This document shows positions 16,176 through 26,906 of a stretch of 64,000 nt of DNA, in pieces (within the stretch, counting starts at the first letter, position 1; each line of letters opens with the position of its first letter). The stretch is from assembly GCF_028368995.1 (NCBI RefSeq), contig NZ_JAQNDL010000005.1:64001-128000 (forward strand). Reading direction: 5' to 3'. The notes under the pieces are model-generated. The model was given only the letters and a program-made list of their open reading frames with translations, searched no databases and was not told where the DNA came from. The DNA is from Nannocystis bainbridge. Lineage in GTDB: Bacteria; Myxococcota_A; Polyangia; Nannocystales; Nannocystaceae. Position numbers and translations under genes: made by a program.

Positions 16176-16551
16176 GCTCCGCCGAGCCCGCTCCCTCGGC
16201 GGCCGCCCGAGCTCCGCGCCCGGGGACTGCGCGCCCGCCACATCGGCGCCCCGGTTCGCGGTCGCGATTCGGGCGGCGTCCGGTCCGCATCGCCGGACTG
16301 CGGCCCGAACGACGCGCAGCGGGGCCTGCGCGCCCTTGTGGGCTCGATCCTGTCCCGGAGATCTCCCCGCACGCGCTGCTGGGGTGAGGCGAAAGAACGG
16401 CGTATGGAAGCGACCCACGGGCTGTTTGGCGCGCGCGACGCTGCGCGTGGTCGCGGCGACATTTGGTACACCTGGCCTCAGCAACCGGCGATGACGGCGC
16501 AGGGGCACACGAGAGTTCGCATTGCCGTGGCGTGACCACTACCTCGCAGCG

Positions 16552-19377
16552 ATGCACGACATCCGCCGGGGCCTCGGCGAGCAGGTCGACCTGCCGGCCC
16601 TGGTCGGCTCGATCTTGTGGCACGCCGAGCAGTTCTTCGACGGCAGCGGCGCGGCCTTCTACCTCGCCCAGCCCGAGGGCCTGCGGGCGATCGCCGGCGC
16701 CAGCGCGGTGATCCTTTCGCTCGGCGAGAACATCGAGCGCGACGGCCCGGTGATGGAGGTGTGGAGCTCCGGGCAGGCCATGTTGGTCCCGCCCGATCAC
16801 GAGAGCTCGATGGGCCTCGCCCTCACCCCGGTCGAGACCCACGACCGTCGGCTCGGCGTGATGGTCGTCGGCGGCCTCACCGGCCTGTCGGCCGTCGACG
16901 CCATGACGCTGGCCGAGATGACCCCGTTCGCGGGGCTCCTGGCGATCAGCGTCGTCAACGCCGGCCTCTACATCACCGCGCGCCAGGAGCTGGCCGAGCG
17001 GCGCAAGGCCGAGGCCGCGCTGCGCGAGAGCGAGGAGCGGTTCCGGACCCTGTTCGAGTACGCCCCCGACGCCATCCTCGTCGTCGACGCCGACACCGGC
17101 CTGTTCGTCGATCCCAACGCCAACGCCACCCGGCTCTACGGCCTCTCGCGCGAGGAGCTGCTGTTCGTCGGCCCCGGGATCATGAGCCCGCCGATCCAGC
17201 CCGACGGCCGCAACTCGCTCGAGGGCGCGCAGGAGCACGTGCTCGCGGCCATGGCCGGCGAGGCGCCGGTGTTCGAGTGGTACCACCGCAACGGCGCCGG
17301 CCACGACATCCCGTGCGAGGTCCGGCTGGTGCGCATGCCGGCGAGCGGCCGCAACCTCGTGCGCGCCAGCGTCACCGACATCACCGAGCGCAAGCGGGCC
17401 CAGCAGGCGCTGGCCACCGCCAAGGAGGCCGCCGAGGCCGCCAACGCCGCCAAGGGCACCTTCCTCGCCAACATGAGCCACGAGATCCGCACGCCGATGA
17501 ACGCCATCATCGGCATGACCGGGCTCCTCCTCGACACCCCGTTGAGCGTCGAGCAGCGCGACTTCGTCGACACCCTGCGCTCCTCGTGCGAGTCGCTGCT
17601 GACGATCATCAACGACATCCTCGACTTCTCCAAGATCGAGGCCAACAAGCTCGAGCTCGAGAGCGAGGCCTTCAGCCTGCAGGAGTTCATCGAGGGCGTG
17701 GTCGACCTCGTCGCCGCCAGCAAGCTCGGCGACAAGCCGCTCAACATCGCCGTCTCGATCGCCGCCGACGTCCCGCGCCGCCTCGTCACCGACTCCACCC
17801 GGCTGCGCCAGATCCTCCTCAACCTCCTCAGCAACGCCGTCAAGTTCACCGCCCACGGCGACATCAGCCTCGACGTCAGCGTCCGCGGCGTGCGGCGCCC
17901 GAACGACGGCCCGCCGCGCTACGGCCTGCTGTTCGCCGTCGAGGACACCGGCATCGGCATCCGCGCCGACCGCATGGACCGCCTGTTCCAGAGCTTCAGC
18001 CAGCTCGACAGCTCGACCACGCGGCGCTTCGGCGGCACCGGCCTCGGCCTGGCGATCAGCAAGCGCCTGGCCGAGATGCTCGGCGGCACCATGTGGGCCG
18101 TCAGCGAGGTCGATCGCGGCTCGACCTTCTACTTCACCATCGACGCCGCCAGCGAGCCCTCGGCCCAGGTGATCGTCGCCGACCACGACGGCCGCTTCCG
18201 CGGCAAGCAGCTGCTGCTCGTCGACGCCAGCGGCCCGCAGCGGCGCCTGCTCGCCGGCCACGCCCACGCCTGGGGCCTGCAGACGCTCGCCTTCGCCAGC
18301 GCCGCCGAGGCGCTGGCCGGCCTGCGCGAGGTCGCGGTCGACGTCGCCGTCGTCGACACCCTGCTGCCCGACGAGCACTACAAGGAGCTGCTCGAGGCCC
18401 TGCGCGGCGCCCATGTCCCGGTGATCCTGCTCGCGCCGATGGCGAGGCGGTCTTTCAAGACAGGTCTCGAAGAACATGACGCATTGGTCAGCAAGCCGAT
18501 CAAGGGCGCCTCGCTGCTGGCCGCGCTGGCCAGCGCGCTCGGCGACGCCGACGCCCAGCCGAGCCCGCGCATCGAGCTCGGCGCGTCCGAGTTCGACCCG
18601 ACCCTCGCCGAGCGCCTGCCGCTGCGGATCCTCGTCGCCGAGGACAACGCCACCAACCAAAAGCTCATGCTGCTGATGCTCGAGCGGTTCGGCTACCGGG
18701 CCGACTGCGCCTTCCACGGCATCGAGGCGCTCGACGCGATCAGCCGCCACTCCTACGACATCGTCCTGATGGACGTGCAGATGCCGGAGATGGACGGCCT
18801 CGAGGCGACCCGGCTGATCCGCCGCAGCGGCGGCCCGCAGCCGCGCATCGTCGCCATGACCGCCAACGCCATGGACAGCGACCGCGAGGCCTGCCTGGCC
18901 GCCGGCATGGACGACTACGTCAGTAAGCCGATCCAGATCCGCGAGCTGCGGGCCGCGCTCGAGCGGTCGCGGCGGCCGATCGAAATCCCGCCGCCGCCGC
19001 CGCAGCTCGACCCGTCGCTGGTGGCGACGCCGACCGAGATCGAGCGCGAGGCCGCGGCCGGTTACCGCCAGCTGCGCGACCTGCTGGGGGCCGCCACGGC
19101 CGACGAGATCGCGGCCCTGTTCTTGCGCGAGGCCGACGAGCTGATGGAGCGCCTGCGCGTGGCCATCGCCGACGGCGACCACGACGGCGTGCGAGAGGCC
19201 GCGCACAGCCTCAAGGGCAGCTCGGGCGGCCTGCGGCTGATGAGCCTCCACGCCATCGCCGCCGCCCTCGAGTCCAAGAGCCGCGCCGGCGACCTCCTGC
19301 ACGCCCCCGTGCTGTTCGGCGAGCTCGAGCGGCAGTACGGGGTCGTCCAGGGCCGCCTGGCCCCGCGCACCGGCTGA
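16552..19377 (+). CDS. Hybrid sensor histidine kinase GAF-PAS-HisKA-HATPase-REC-REC-Hpt
   Basis: [49 protein letters not shown], Hpt AHSLKGSS. Start could be TTG at 16522. Confidence 0.95.
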   Translation: MHDIRRGLGEQVDLPALVGSILWHAEQFFDGSGAAFYLAQPEGLRAIAGASAVILSLGENIERDGPVMEVWSSGQAMLVPPDHESSMGLALTPVETHDRRLGVMVVGGLTGLSAVDAMTLAEMTPFAGLLAISVVNAGLYITARQELAERRKAEAALRESEERFRTLFEYAPDAILVVDADTGLFVDPNANATRLYGLSREELLFVGPGIMSPPIQPDGRNSLEGAQEHVLAAMAGEAPVFEWYHRNGAGHDIPCEVRLVRMPASGRNLVRASVTDITERKRAQQALATAKEAAEAANAAKGTFLANMSHEIRTPMNAIIGMTGLLLDTPLSVEQRDFVDTLRSSCESLLTIINDILDFSKIEANKLELESEAFSLQEFIEGVVDLVAASKLGDKPLNIAVSIAADVPRRLVTDSTRLRQILLNLLSNAVKFTAHGDISLDVSVRGVRRPNDGPPRYGLLFAVEDTGIGIRADRMDRLFQSFSQLDSSTTRRFGGTGLGLAISKRLAEMLGGTMWAVSEVDRGSTFYFTIDAASEPSAQVIVADHDGRFRGKQLLLVDASGPQRRLLAGHAHAWGLQTLAFASAAEALAGLREVAVDVAVVDTLLPDEHYKELLEALRGAHVPVILLAPMARRSFKTGLEEHDALVSKPIKGASLLAALASALGDADAQPSPRIELGASEFDPTLAERLPLRILVAEDNATNQKLMLLMLERFGYRADCAFHGIEALDAISRHSYDIVLMDVQMPEMDGLEATRLIRRSGGPQPRIVAMTANAMDSDREACLAAGMDDYVSKPIQIRELRAALERSRRPIEIPPPPPQLDPSLVATPTEIEREAAAGYRQLRDLLGAATADEIAALFLREADELMERLRVAIADGDHDGVREAAHSLKGSSGGLRLMSLHAIAAALESKSRAGDLLHAPVLFGELERQYGVVQGRLAPRTG

Positions 19378-19445
19378 TCGGGGCCGGGCTCACGAGCGTG
19401 CGCGCCGGAGCGCCGGCGCCCGCCTGCTATACCTCCGGCGCCCGC

Positions 19446-20231
19446 ATGCAACGCGACCTCCGAAGCCCCAGGGCTGCCGCCCCGATCACGCCCGAGATGA
19501 AGGTCTGCGGCGTCAACGCCTGCCTGGCGCTCGCCGCCCGTCGCCCCGATGACGTCCGTCGTGTCTACGTCCACCCGTCGCGCCTGTCCGTGTTCGGCGC
19601 CGTCCTCAAGCGCTGCGCCGAGCGCCGGATCGCCTACCACGTGGTCGAGAACGACGAGCTCGAGCGCATCACCCAATCGGTGCACCACGAGGGCATCTGC
19701 TTCATCGCCCGCGAGCGCCCCGCGATCGGCCTCCAGGGCGCGCTGCAGCGGCGCGACCCGACCCGCCCGCGCTGCCTCCTCTACCTCGGCGGCGTCGGCA
19801 ACCCGCACAACCTCGGCGCCATCGTCCGCGTGTGCGCCCACTTCGACGTCGACGCCGTGCTCGCTGGCGGCCTCGAGACGCACGCCTCGCCGGCCATGCT
19901 GCGCACCGCCGAGGGCGGCGCCGAGTTCGTCGACGTCGTGCCCGTCGCCGACGGCACCGGCCCGCTGGTCGTCGCGCGCCGGGCCGGCTTCCGCCTGATC
20001 GCCACCGCCGCCCGGGCCAAGCGCTCGCTCTACAGCGCCCCGCTGCCGCCGCGCTCGATCGTCATGCTCGGCGCCGAGGCCGACGGGCTCGCGCCGGCCC
20101 TCGTCAACATGGCCGACGACGTCGTCCACATCCCCGGCACCGGCGCGCTCGACAGCCTCAACGTCGCCTGCGCCGCCGCCGTCGTGCTCGGCGAGTTCTG
20201 GCGCGTCCACCGGACCCCGGTCGCGGAGTAG
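19446..20231 (+). CDS. TrmH/SpoU-family RNA 2'-O-methyltransferase
   Basis: HHEGI, NPHNLGAIVR, LGAEADGL, IPGTGALDSLNVA. Confidence 0.9.
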   Translation: MQRDLRSPRAAAPITPEMKVCGVNACLALAARRPDDVRRVYVHPSRLSVFGAVLKRCAERRIAYHVVENDELERITQSVHHEGICFIARERPAIGLQGALQRRDPTRPRCLLYLGGVGNPHNLGAIVRVCAHFDVDAVLAGGLETHASPAMLRTAEGGAEFVDVVPVADGTGPLVVARRAGFRLIATAARAKRSLYSAPLPPRSIVMLGAEADGLAPALVNMADDVVHIPGTGALDSLNVACAAAVVLGEFWRVHRTPVAE

Positions 20232-20234
20232 CCC

Positions 20235-20933
20235 GTGGCGCGCCACCCGGTCCTCACCGACGCGCTGCTGGACGCCGCGCTCGGGCCCGAGGCCGAACCT
20301 GACCCCAAGGCCAGGTCCCCGCGCTTCTTCCACCGCCCGCTGTACGAGCGCCTGACGCGGGCCCACCCAGCCAGCCCTTATCTGCTGTGGGCCGGCCCGA
20401 TCGCCGCTTGCCTGGCCTTCGGGACAGCCGCGCACGACCCTCCGCGGCTGCTCCTGCTGCTCGCCGTCGGCTGGCTGGTGTGGACCTTCGTCGAGTACTG
20501 GCTGCACCGCGGCTTCTTCCACCTCGCCCCCACCACCCCCGCGCGGCGCGTCACCAGCTTCATCGTCCACCGCCACCACCACGTCGCCCCGAACGACCGC
20601 GACCGCCTGGTCGCCACCCCGCTCTACAGCGGCGGCCTGGCCCTGCTGCTGCTCGGCCTCTACGGCCTGATCGCCGGCCCTGACGCCCGCTGGCCGCTGC
20701 TCGCCGGCACCCTGCTCGGCTATCTCGCCTACGAGCGGGCCCACCACCTCGCGCACCACGGCCGCCCGCGCACCGCCCTCGGCCGGGCCCTGCGCCGCCG
20801 CCACCTGCGCCACCACTTCGCCGACCGCGGGCTCGACTTCGGCATCTCGAGCCCCCTGTGGGACCTGGTCTTTCGCACCTACTCCAAGAGACATGCCCCC
20901 GAGGACAGGCCCGATCGGCCATGCCCTCCATGA
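20235..20933 (+). CDS. Fatty acid hydroxylase / sterol desaturase family (FA2H-like)
   Basis: His boxes EYWLHRGFFH, HRHHH, HHLAHH, HLRHHF; FGISSPLWDLVF. Confidence 0.88.
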   Translation: MARHPVLTDALLDAALGPEAEPDPKARSPRFFHRPLYERLTRAHPASPYLLWAGPIAACLAFGTAAHDPPRLLLLLAVGWLVWTFVEYWLHRGFFHLAPTTPARRVTSFIVHRHHHVAPNDRDRLVATPLYSGGLALLLLGLYGLIAGPDARWPLLAGTLLGYLAYERAHHLAHHGRPRTALGRALRRRHLRHHFADRGLDFGISSPLWDLVFRTYSKRHAPEDRPDRPCPP

Positions 20934-20963
20934 CATGTCTCGATAGACATGTCCTTACGGACC
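20866..20963. repeat. Phased array of 7 14-bp palindrome units spanning two convergent stop codons
   Basis: Units at 20866, 20880, 20894, 20908, 20922, 20936 (TGTCTCGATAGACA) and 20950. Confidence 0.85.
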
Positions 20964-22418
20964 GGACCGCAGCAGCGCCACCGCAGTCTGCTCCGGCCCG
21001 CCGGCGATCACGTCCGCCTTGCCGTCGCCGTCGAAGTCGCCGGCCGCCAGCAGCTCGGGCGCCGCGCCGCCGGCCACCGCGTGGCTCTGCACGCACGGAC
21101 CCTGACCCCCGGCGACGAAGATCACCCGCACCGCGTCTGTCGACCCGGTGACCAGATCGCCGGCCCCGTCGCCGTCGACGTCGGCGACGGGTCCGAGCAG
21201 CACCGGCCCTTCGACCCGCAGCTCCGACTGCGGCAGCCCTTGCGACCACCGCGAGAGCAGGTGCTTGCCCTGCGCCTCGCGGTGCCCGAGCACGTCGATC
21301 TGCCCGTCGCCGTCGAAGTCACCGGCGACCACGCTCGTCAGCGCCACCAGCCCCGGGCCGAGCAGCTCCTCCCGCAGCGCCAGCCCCTCTCCGTCGACGA
21401 ACTCGCGGACATCGACCTGCGGCCCGTTCCAGCCGGTGAGCAGCACGTCGAGCCGCGCCTGATCGCCGCCGACCGGCCCGACCGTCGCCTCGAATTTCGT
21501 CGTCCCGAGCATCACCGCCCCGAACGCCGCCCCGAAGCCGCCCACGCCGTCGCCCAGGTGCAGCGCCAGCCGCGTGTCCGGATCGTCGTCGCCGCGCGCC
21601 AGCAGGTCGGGCCGCCCGTCGCCGTCGAAATCGCCGCTCCACAGCTGCCGCGGCGCGTTGCCCAGCGAGCCCTGGACCGGCGCCGCGAACACGGCGTCCT
21701 TGCCGAACAGGAGGCTCAGCGGGCTGACCGGCGCCGCCAGCGACACCGCCAGGTCCAGCGAGCCGTCGCCGTCGAAGTCCGCGATCGCCAGCCGCTGCAT
21801 GCCCGGATCCAGCTCGGTCGGGAACAGGCCACCCGGCGCGAAGCCCCCGAGCCCGTCGCCGAGCAGCACCTCGACCTGCCCTTGCTCGGGCAGCACCACC
21901 ACCAGGTCGAGCGCCGCGTCACCGTCGAGGTCGGCCAGCGCCAGCGCCTCCGCCCGCCCCTGCAGCACCACCTTCGACGGCGTCAGCGGCAGCCGCTCGC
22001 ACAGCGGAATCGCCTCGATCGGCGCGCACCAGCCGGGCGACCCCTGGCATTCGTCGCCGTCGTAGCAATCCTCGTCGCCGTAGCATTCGTAGCCCTGACA
22101 GCGCAGCGCCAGATCGCCGCCCGGGAGCGGCACCTCCCGGCAACAACCGACCGCGTCGTAGCACTCGCCCTCGACGCAATACTCGCAGAAACCGTCGCAA
22201 TCGCCGTCGGACTGGCACTCCGGGGGCGGGCCCGACGTCCCGCTGGTCTCGCTCGTCGACGACGTCGGCGCCGTCGTCCCCGGCTCGGTCGGATCTCCCA
22301 TCGACGAACCCGGCGAAGAAGTCGAAGTCTGCTCGCCCGCGGTGTCGCCCTGCGGGGGTAGAGGACCACACGCCGTCACCCACACGCCCGCAGCAATCCA
22401 GGTCAATCGCGTCTGCAT
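20955..22418 (-). CDS. FG-GAP/VCBS repeat lipoprotein
   Basis: WVTAC lipobox, Thr/Ser linker, Cys-rich segment, repeated xDFDGDGxxD motifs. Confidence 0.85.
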   Translation of the reverse strand: MQTRLTWIAAGVWVTACGPLPPQGDTAGEQTSTSSPGSSMGDPTEPGTTAPTSSTSETSGTSGPPPECQSDGDCDGFCEYCVEGECYDAVGCCREVPLPGGDLALRCQGYECYGDEDCYDGDECQGSPGWCAPIEAIPLCERLPLTPSKVVLQGRAEALALADLDGDAALDLVVVLPEQGQVEVLLGDGLGGFAPGGLFPTELDPGMQRLAIADFDGDGSLDLAVSLAAPVSPLSLLFGKDAVFAAPVQGSLGNAPRQLWSGDFDGDGRPDLLARGDDDPDTRLALHLGDGVGGFGAAFGAVMLGTTKFEATVGPVGGDQARLDVLLTGWNGPQVDVREFVDGEGLALREELLGPGLVALTSVVAGDFDGDGQIDVLGHREAQGKHLLSRWSQGLPQSELRVEGPVLLGPVADVDGDGAGDLVTGSTDAVRVIFVAGGQGPCVQSHAVAGGAAPELLAAGDFDGDGKADVIAGGPEQTAVALLRSGP

Positions 22419-22584
22419 GCCACCGCAGCATCGCACATTCGTCGGAGCGCGCCACGGCCCACGATCCACGGCACAGGCGTGGACCTCTGTGGCCTGCGCG
22501 ACGCAGGCGCGCCTTCGCTGCTGGCCCGTCCGGCTCCAGTCTGTTTACTCTACGATGGGCCCGTGATCGGGCCACAAGGACCCA

Positions 22585-23523
22585 ATGAAGACCACGACTC
22601 TATGGTGCTCGATCCTCGGCCTGTGCGCGTTCGCGTGCGATGTCCCTGATGGTTCCACGCCTGGTGAGGCGCAAGTCGTCGCGCTCGACGACGACGCCCG
22701 CGACCTCTGCGAGATGGAAGACGACGCCTGTGCCGACGACCTCGCGGCCGCCGAGGAGGCCGCCCTTCACGGTCGCTGCGGCGTCCATCCGAGCGCCTTC
22801 GAGGTCGCGGCCATGGAGGCCGACTTCCTGCACCGCTTCGCCGCCGGCCCCTCGCCGGAGGCCGTGGGTCCGCGGGCCGCGGTCCCGGTGTGGTTCCACG
22901 TCCTGCGCAGCAGCTCCGGCGCCGGCGACATCAGCGACGCCCAGATCAACGCCCAGCTCAACCTCCTCAACTCGACCTTCGGCCCGGCCGGCTTCTCGTT
23001 CGCGCTCGCCGGCGTCGACCGCACCAACAACAACAGCTGGTACGGCATGAGCCCCGGCTCCTCGGCCGAGAAGCAGGCCAAGACCGCCCTGCGCAAGGGC
23101 GGCAAGGAGACCCTCAACATCTATACCGGCAACATCGGTCAGGGTCTGCTCGGTTGGGCCAACTTTCCCTCCTCGTACGCCAGCGACCCCAAGGGCGACG
23201 GCGTCGTGATCCTCAACGCCAGCCTCCCCGGCGGCAACGCGGCCCCCTACAACCTCGGCATGACCGGCGTGCACGAGGTCGGCCACTGGATGGGCCTCTA
23301 TCACACCTTCCAGGGCGGCTGCTCCAAGCAGGGCGACCTCGTCGACGACACCCCCGCCGAGAAGAGCTCCGCGTTCGGCTGCCCTGTCGGCCGCGACACC
23401 TGCCCCGCCGCCGGCGTCGACCCGATCCGCAACTACATGGATTACACCGACGATGCTTGCATGACCAATTTCACGGCCGGCCAGGCCACCCGCATGAAGG
23501 CCCAGATCGCCACCTACCGCTGA
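22585..23523 (+). CDS. M43 (pappalysin/ulilysin-like) zinc metalloprotease, lipoprotein
   Basis: AFAC lipobox, RCG cysteine switch, [18 protein letters not shown] Met-turn. Confidence 0.92.
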   Translation: MKTTTLWCSILGLCAFACDVPDGSTPGEAQVVALDDDARDLCEMEDDACADDLAAAEEAALHGRCGVHPSAFEVAAMEADFLHRFAAGPSPEAVGPRAAVPVWFHVLRSSSGAGDISDAQINAQLNLLNSTFGPAGFSFALAGVDRTNNNSWYGMSPGSSAEKQAKTALRKGGKETLNIYTGNIGQGLLGWANFPSSYASDPKGDGVVILNASLPGGNAAPYNLGMTGVHEVGHWMGLYHTFQGGCSKQGDLVDDTPAEKSSAFGCPVGRDTCPAAGVDPIRNYMDYTDDACMTNFTAGQATRMKAQIATYR

Positions 23524-23727
23524 TCCCCGGGTCCGGCGCGCGCCTCGGGGCCTGTCGCCCTCAGGCACGCGCCGACCTCGAACCGGCGGACACGCCATTC
23601 GCTGTCTCGCCTGAAAGGCCGCGTTCCTCCTGCAAGGTCACGCGGCCTTCGTTGCACCTGCACCGCGCTTGCGTATTGAAAGCCGGGCCCGACCTGTGCT
23701 CTACGTGGCGTCGTCGGAGATTGTGTA

Positions 23728-25026
23728 ATGTCGCAACGTAGCCTCGATTTCTTCTGTGCTTGCTCTCTACTCTTGCTCGCCTGCGGCGACTCCGGCGGGG
23801 ACTCCGGCGGCACCGGCGGCGTATCGGCGTCCGGCGTGACCTCGGCCGGCGGCACCGTCACCGCCACCACCACCGCCACGACTGGCAGCGAGAGCACCAC
23901 CGGCAACGGCGGCAGCGACTCGACGGCCACCAGCCCGACCACCGGCGAACCGACCACCGGCACCACCGCCCCGGTCGACACCACCGGCCCGGACACCACC
24001 AGCACGACCGAGCCCGCCACCAGCGACACCACGTCGACGACCACCACCACCGGCGACGACACCACCACCTCGACGACCGTCGCTTCGACCACCGACGGCA
24101 CCACCGGCGAGTGCGCCGCCGTCACCGAGACGGCGACCAACAAGAAGCAGCCGGCCGACATCCTGTTCGTCATCGACAACTCGGGCTCGATGGACATGGA
24201 GATCGCCAGCGTGCAGGCCAACATGAACCAGTTCTCGGCCAAGATCATCGCCAGCGGCATCGACGTGCACGTCATCGTCGTCTCCGACAACAGCATCTGC
24301 GTCGGCGCCCCGCTCGGCTCCGGCAACTGTCCCGCCGACAGCAAGCCGCCGACCTACACCCGCATCAATCAGGGCGTCGGCAGCAACAACGCCCTCCAGC
24401 TGGCGGTCAACACCTACCCGCAATACAAGGACAAGCTGCGGCCCGACGCCGCCACCCACGTCGTCGTCGTCACCGACGACAACTCCAACATGGACGCCAA
24501 CACCTTCGACGCCCAGTTCAAGGCGCTCGAGCCCGGCATGGCCGACTACAAGATGCACGCGATCTGCGGCGCCAAGGGCCCCAGCGACTTCCTGTGGTGC
24601 ATCCAGAACGCGGTGTGCTGCGCCTTCACGGCCGACGCCGGCGACGTCTACCTCGACCTCATCGCCAGCACCGGCGGCAAGTGGGGCGACCTCTGCCTGC
24701 AGAACTTCACCCCCGTGTTCGACGAGCTGTCGACCCAGGTCATCATGGGCGCCACCCTCGCCTGCGAGTGGAGCATCCCCGAGCCGATGGGCGAGCCGAT
24801 CGACTTCGACAAGGTCAACGTCGAGTTCGACGACGGCACCCCCGAGACCTTCGGCAAGGTCCCGAGCCCCGCCGAGTGCGCCAACGTCAGCGACGGCTGG
24901 TACTACGACGACGAGCAGAACCCGACCAAGATCGTCGTCTGCCCGCAGACCTGCACCAAGATCCAGGGCGTCGACGACGCCAAGATCAACATCCAGTTCG
25001 GCTGCGAGACCATCATCGCCCAGTGA
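23728..25026 (+). CDS. VWA-domain lipoprotein with Thr-rich stalk
   Basis: LLAC lipobox, long Thr-rich linker, MIDAS DILFVIDNSGSM, VVTDD, Cys-rich C-terminus. Confidence 0.85.
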   Translation: MSQRSLDFFCACSLLLLACGDSGGDSGGTGGVSASGVTSAGGTVTATTTATTGSESTTGNGGSDSTATSPTTGEPTTGTTAPVDTTGPDTTSTTEPATSDTTSTTTTTGDDTTTSTTVASTTDGTTGECAAVTETATNKKQPADILFVIDNSGSMDMEIASVQANMNQFSAKIIASGIDVHVIVVSDNSICVGAPLGSGNCPADSKPPTYTRINQGVGSNNALQLAVNTYPQYKDKLRPDAATHVVVVTDDNSNMDANTFDAQFKALEPGMADYKMHAICGAKGPSDFLWCIQNAVCCAFTADAGDVYLDLIASTGGKWGDLCLQNFTPVFDELSTQVIMGATLACEWSIPEPMGEPIDFDKVNVEFDDGTPETFGKVPSPAECANVSDGWYYDDEQNPTKIVVCPQTCTKIQGVDDAKINIQFGCETIIAQ

Positions 25027-25476
25027 TCCACGACCTGGCCCTTCGGCCATGTGATTTCCGCGATCGCACGCCGCCCCCGATCCCGCCGTCGAAACCGTTC
25101 ACTCGCTTCCAGGCGCTGTTCGCAGCCCTGGACGGGTTCGGCCGCGACGGCGACTCACGGCGCCCGCGGCCATCGCCGCGCGGGACCAAGCCCGCGACCG
25201 CGACGACCTGGCGGACCTCTGCTTCCTCCGCCCTGCCGAACGAGCGGCGCATCACCATCATGCTCGCTCTCCGCGAGCGAATGACCGCGAGTCGGTGGTG
25301 AGCCCGACGCGGGCTCGCGACCGACCTCGCCCTCGTCCACCCGGACGGCGAGGAAGGCGCTCTCCTGGCCCGCTCGCCGACGCCGAGCACCTGCTCGACC
25401 TCCAGGGCACCCATGGCTGCGCGCCAGCCCCGACCGCCGCCTCCGCCGCGCCGCGTGTCTGGCATGCTTTCGGGCG

Positions 25477-26184
25477 ATGTCCACCTCGCGGCTGCTGGTG
25501 CTCGTGCTCGTGCTCGCGGGGCTGCACCTCGGCGTCGACCCGCTCGCCGCCGAGATCGTCGGCACCTTCGGGGCCGTGCTCGCGGCCACTCGCTTCAGCC
25601 GCGGCGATCCTCCCCGTCGCCCGTGGCTGCTCCGCGCCGTGGCTCTCGGCCTCGTCGCCCTCGCCCACGCCCTCCAGCGCCTCGACCTCGTCGCCGGCCA
25701 CCGCCTCGACTACGTCCTCCTGATCGTCGCCAACATCCTCGGCGCCTGCGCCCTGCTCGGCTTCTTGCGCGTCCTTCGTCGCAGCGGCCTCACCATCCCG
25801 CTGCGCCGCCGCGAGCGCCTCGTCGCCGTCGTGCTCGCCGGGGCCATCCTCGTCGTGGTCGGCAGGATCCTCGCCGCCCTCGCCCTCGCCTCTCTGCGCG
25901 ACCTCGCCGTCGCCGTCAGCACGATCTGCGACGCCCTCGTCTTCGCCGCCGCCGCCTTGCTGCTCCGTCATGTCTCGCCGATGCGCGGCGGCCTGGTCGC
26001 GCAGCCCTACCTCCTGCTCGCCGTCGACGGCCTGTGCTTCCTCGCGCTCGACCTCGCTCACGCCCTGCAGCCCACGCCTGAGGCTGCCCTCGCCCCTCTG
26101 AGCGCCCTCGGCCACGCGGCGGGCGGCGCCGCCGGGTTCGCCCAGGCCGCCCTCGTGCGACGCGGCGCCCGGCCCTCGCGTTGA
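25477..26184 (+). CDS. Hypothetical multi-pass membrane protein
   Basis: About 7 hydrophobic helices; GC3-rich frame. Confidence 0.7.
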   Translation: MSTSRLLVLVLVLAGLHLGVDPLAAEIVGTFGAVLAATRFSRGDPPRRPWLLRAVALGLVALAHALQRLDLVAGHRLDYVLLIVANILGACALLGFLRVLRRSGLTIPLRRRERLVAVVLAGAILVVVGRILAALALASLRDLAVAVSTICDALVFAAAALLLRHVSPMRGGLVAQPYLLLAVDGLCFLALDLAHALQPTPEAALAPLSALGHAAGGAAGFAQAALVRRGARPSR

Positions 26185-26210
26185 CAGCGACCGCCAGGCC
26201 GCGACACGCT
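26181..26210 (+). promoter_or_regulatory. Putative sigma70 promoter (leaderless)
   Basis: TTGACA, 18 bp, CACGCT, 6 nt, ATG at 26217. Confidence 0.4.
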
Positions 26211-26216
26211 CTCTCC

Positions 26217-26819
26217 ATGGCCGACGAGTCCCACGCGCTCGTGCCCACCGAGGGCTCGCGCCTGCCCGATCCCTACGAGCAGCGCTACATGGCCGGCGAG
26301 GGCACCGTGCTGTACCGCCACAAGTACAGCGCCCCGTGGCAGCTGCACCTGATCTTCGTCCTCACCATCACCGCGGTGTTCGGCGCCGCGGTGGCCGCCG
26401 GCGGCCTCGTGGGTGGCGCGATCGGCATGGCCGTCGGCGCCCCGCTGTTCGGCCTGATGTGGATCCTCTTCTCGGTCCTGCGCGTCACCGTCTCCGAGGG
26501 CCACGTCAACGTCCAGTACGGCCTGTTCGGGCCCAAGATCCCCATCTCCGGCATCGAGCAGGCCGAGCTCGTGCAGTACAACTGGCGCCGCTTCGGCGGC
26601 TGGGGCATCAAGCGCTCGCTGGCCGGCGAGTGGATCTACAACATGCCCGGCGACGGCGGCCGCGCGGTCCGCATCGTCTGGCGCGACGCTCGTGGCAAGC
26701 GCCACGTCACCCACGTCGGCAGCCCGCGCGCCGACGAATTGCTGCAACAGATCGGCCGCGCCCGCGGCGCCCTGCCCGCCGGCGCGAGCCCGGCCGCGCT
26801 CGAGCCCGGCGACCCCTGA
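26217..26819 (+). CDS. Membrane protein with bacterial PH-like domain
   Basis: Two TM helices then LRVTVSE...KIPISGI...FGGWGIKR. Confidence 0.7.
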   Translation: MADESHALVPTEGSRLPDPYEQRYMAGEGTVLYRHKYSAPWQLHLIFVLTITAVFGAAVAAGGLVGGAIGMAVGAPLFGLMWILFSVLRVTVSEGHVNVQYGLFGPKIPISGIEQAELVQYNWRRFGGWGIKRSLAGEWIYNMPGDGGRAVRIVWRDARGKRHVTHVGSPRADELLQQIGRARGALPAGASPAALEPGDP

Positions 26820-26865
26820 CATATCCCATCGGGCATGTCCTCCGAGACATGTTCGATGTGCCATG
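26808..26865. repeat. Phased array of 3-4 14-bp palindrome units
   Basis: Cores at 26820, 26834, 26848 and 26862; unit TGTCCTCCGAGACA at 26836. Confidence 0.8.
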
Positions 26866-26906
26866 CGACGAGCCCGTCCTCGACGGCTCGCCCGCAGCCC
26901 CTCATC

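Noticed and set aside
23850-24110. acc/acg-rich low-complexity tracts (also near 50000-50250, 58480-58680 and 63350-63520)
   Set aside because: Explained by Thr-rich protein linkers, not independent DNA repeats.
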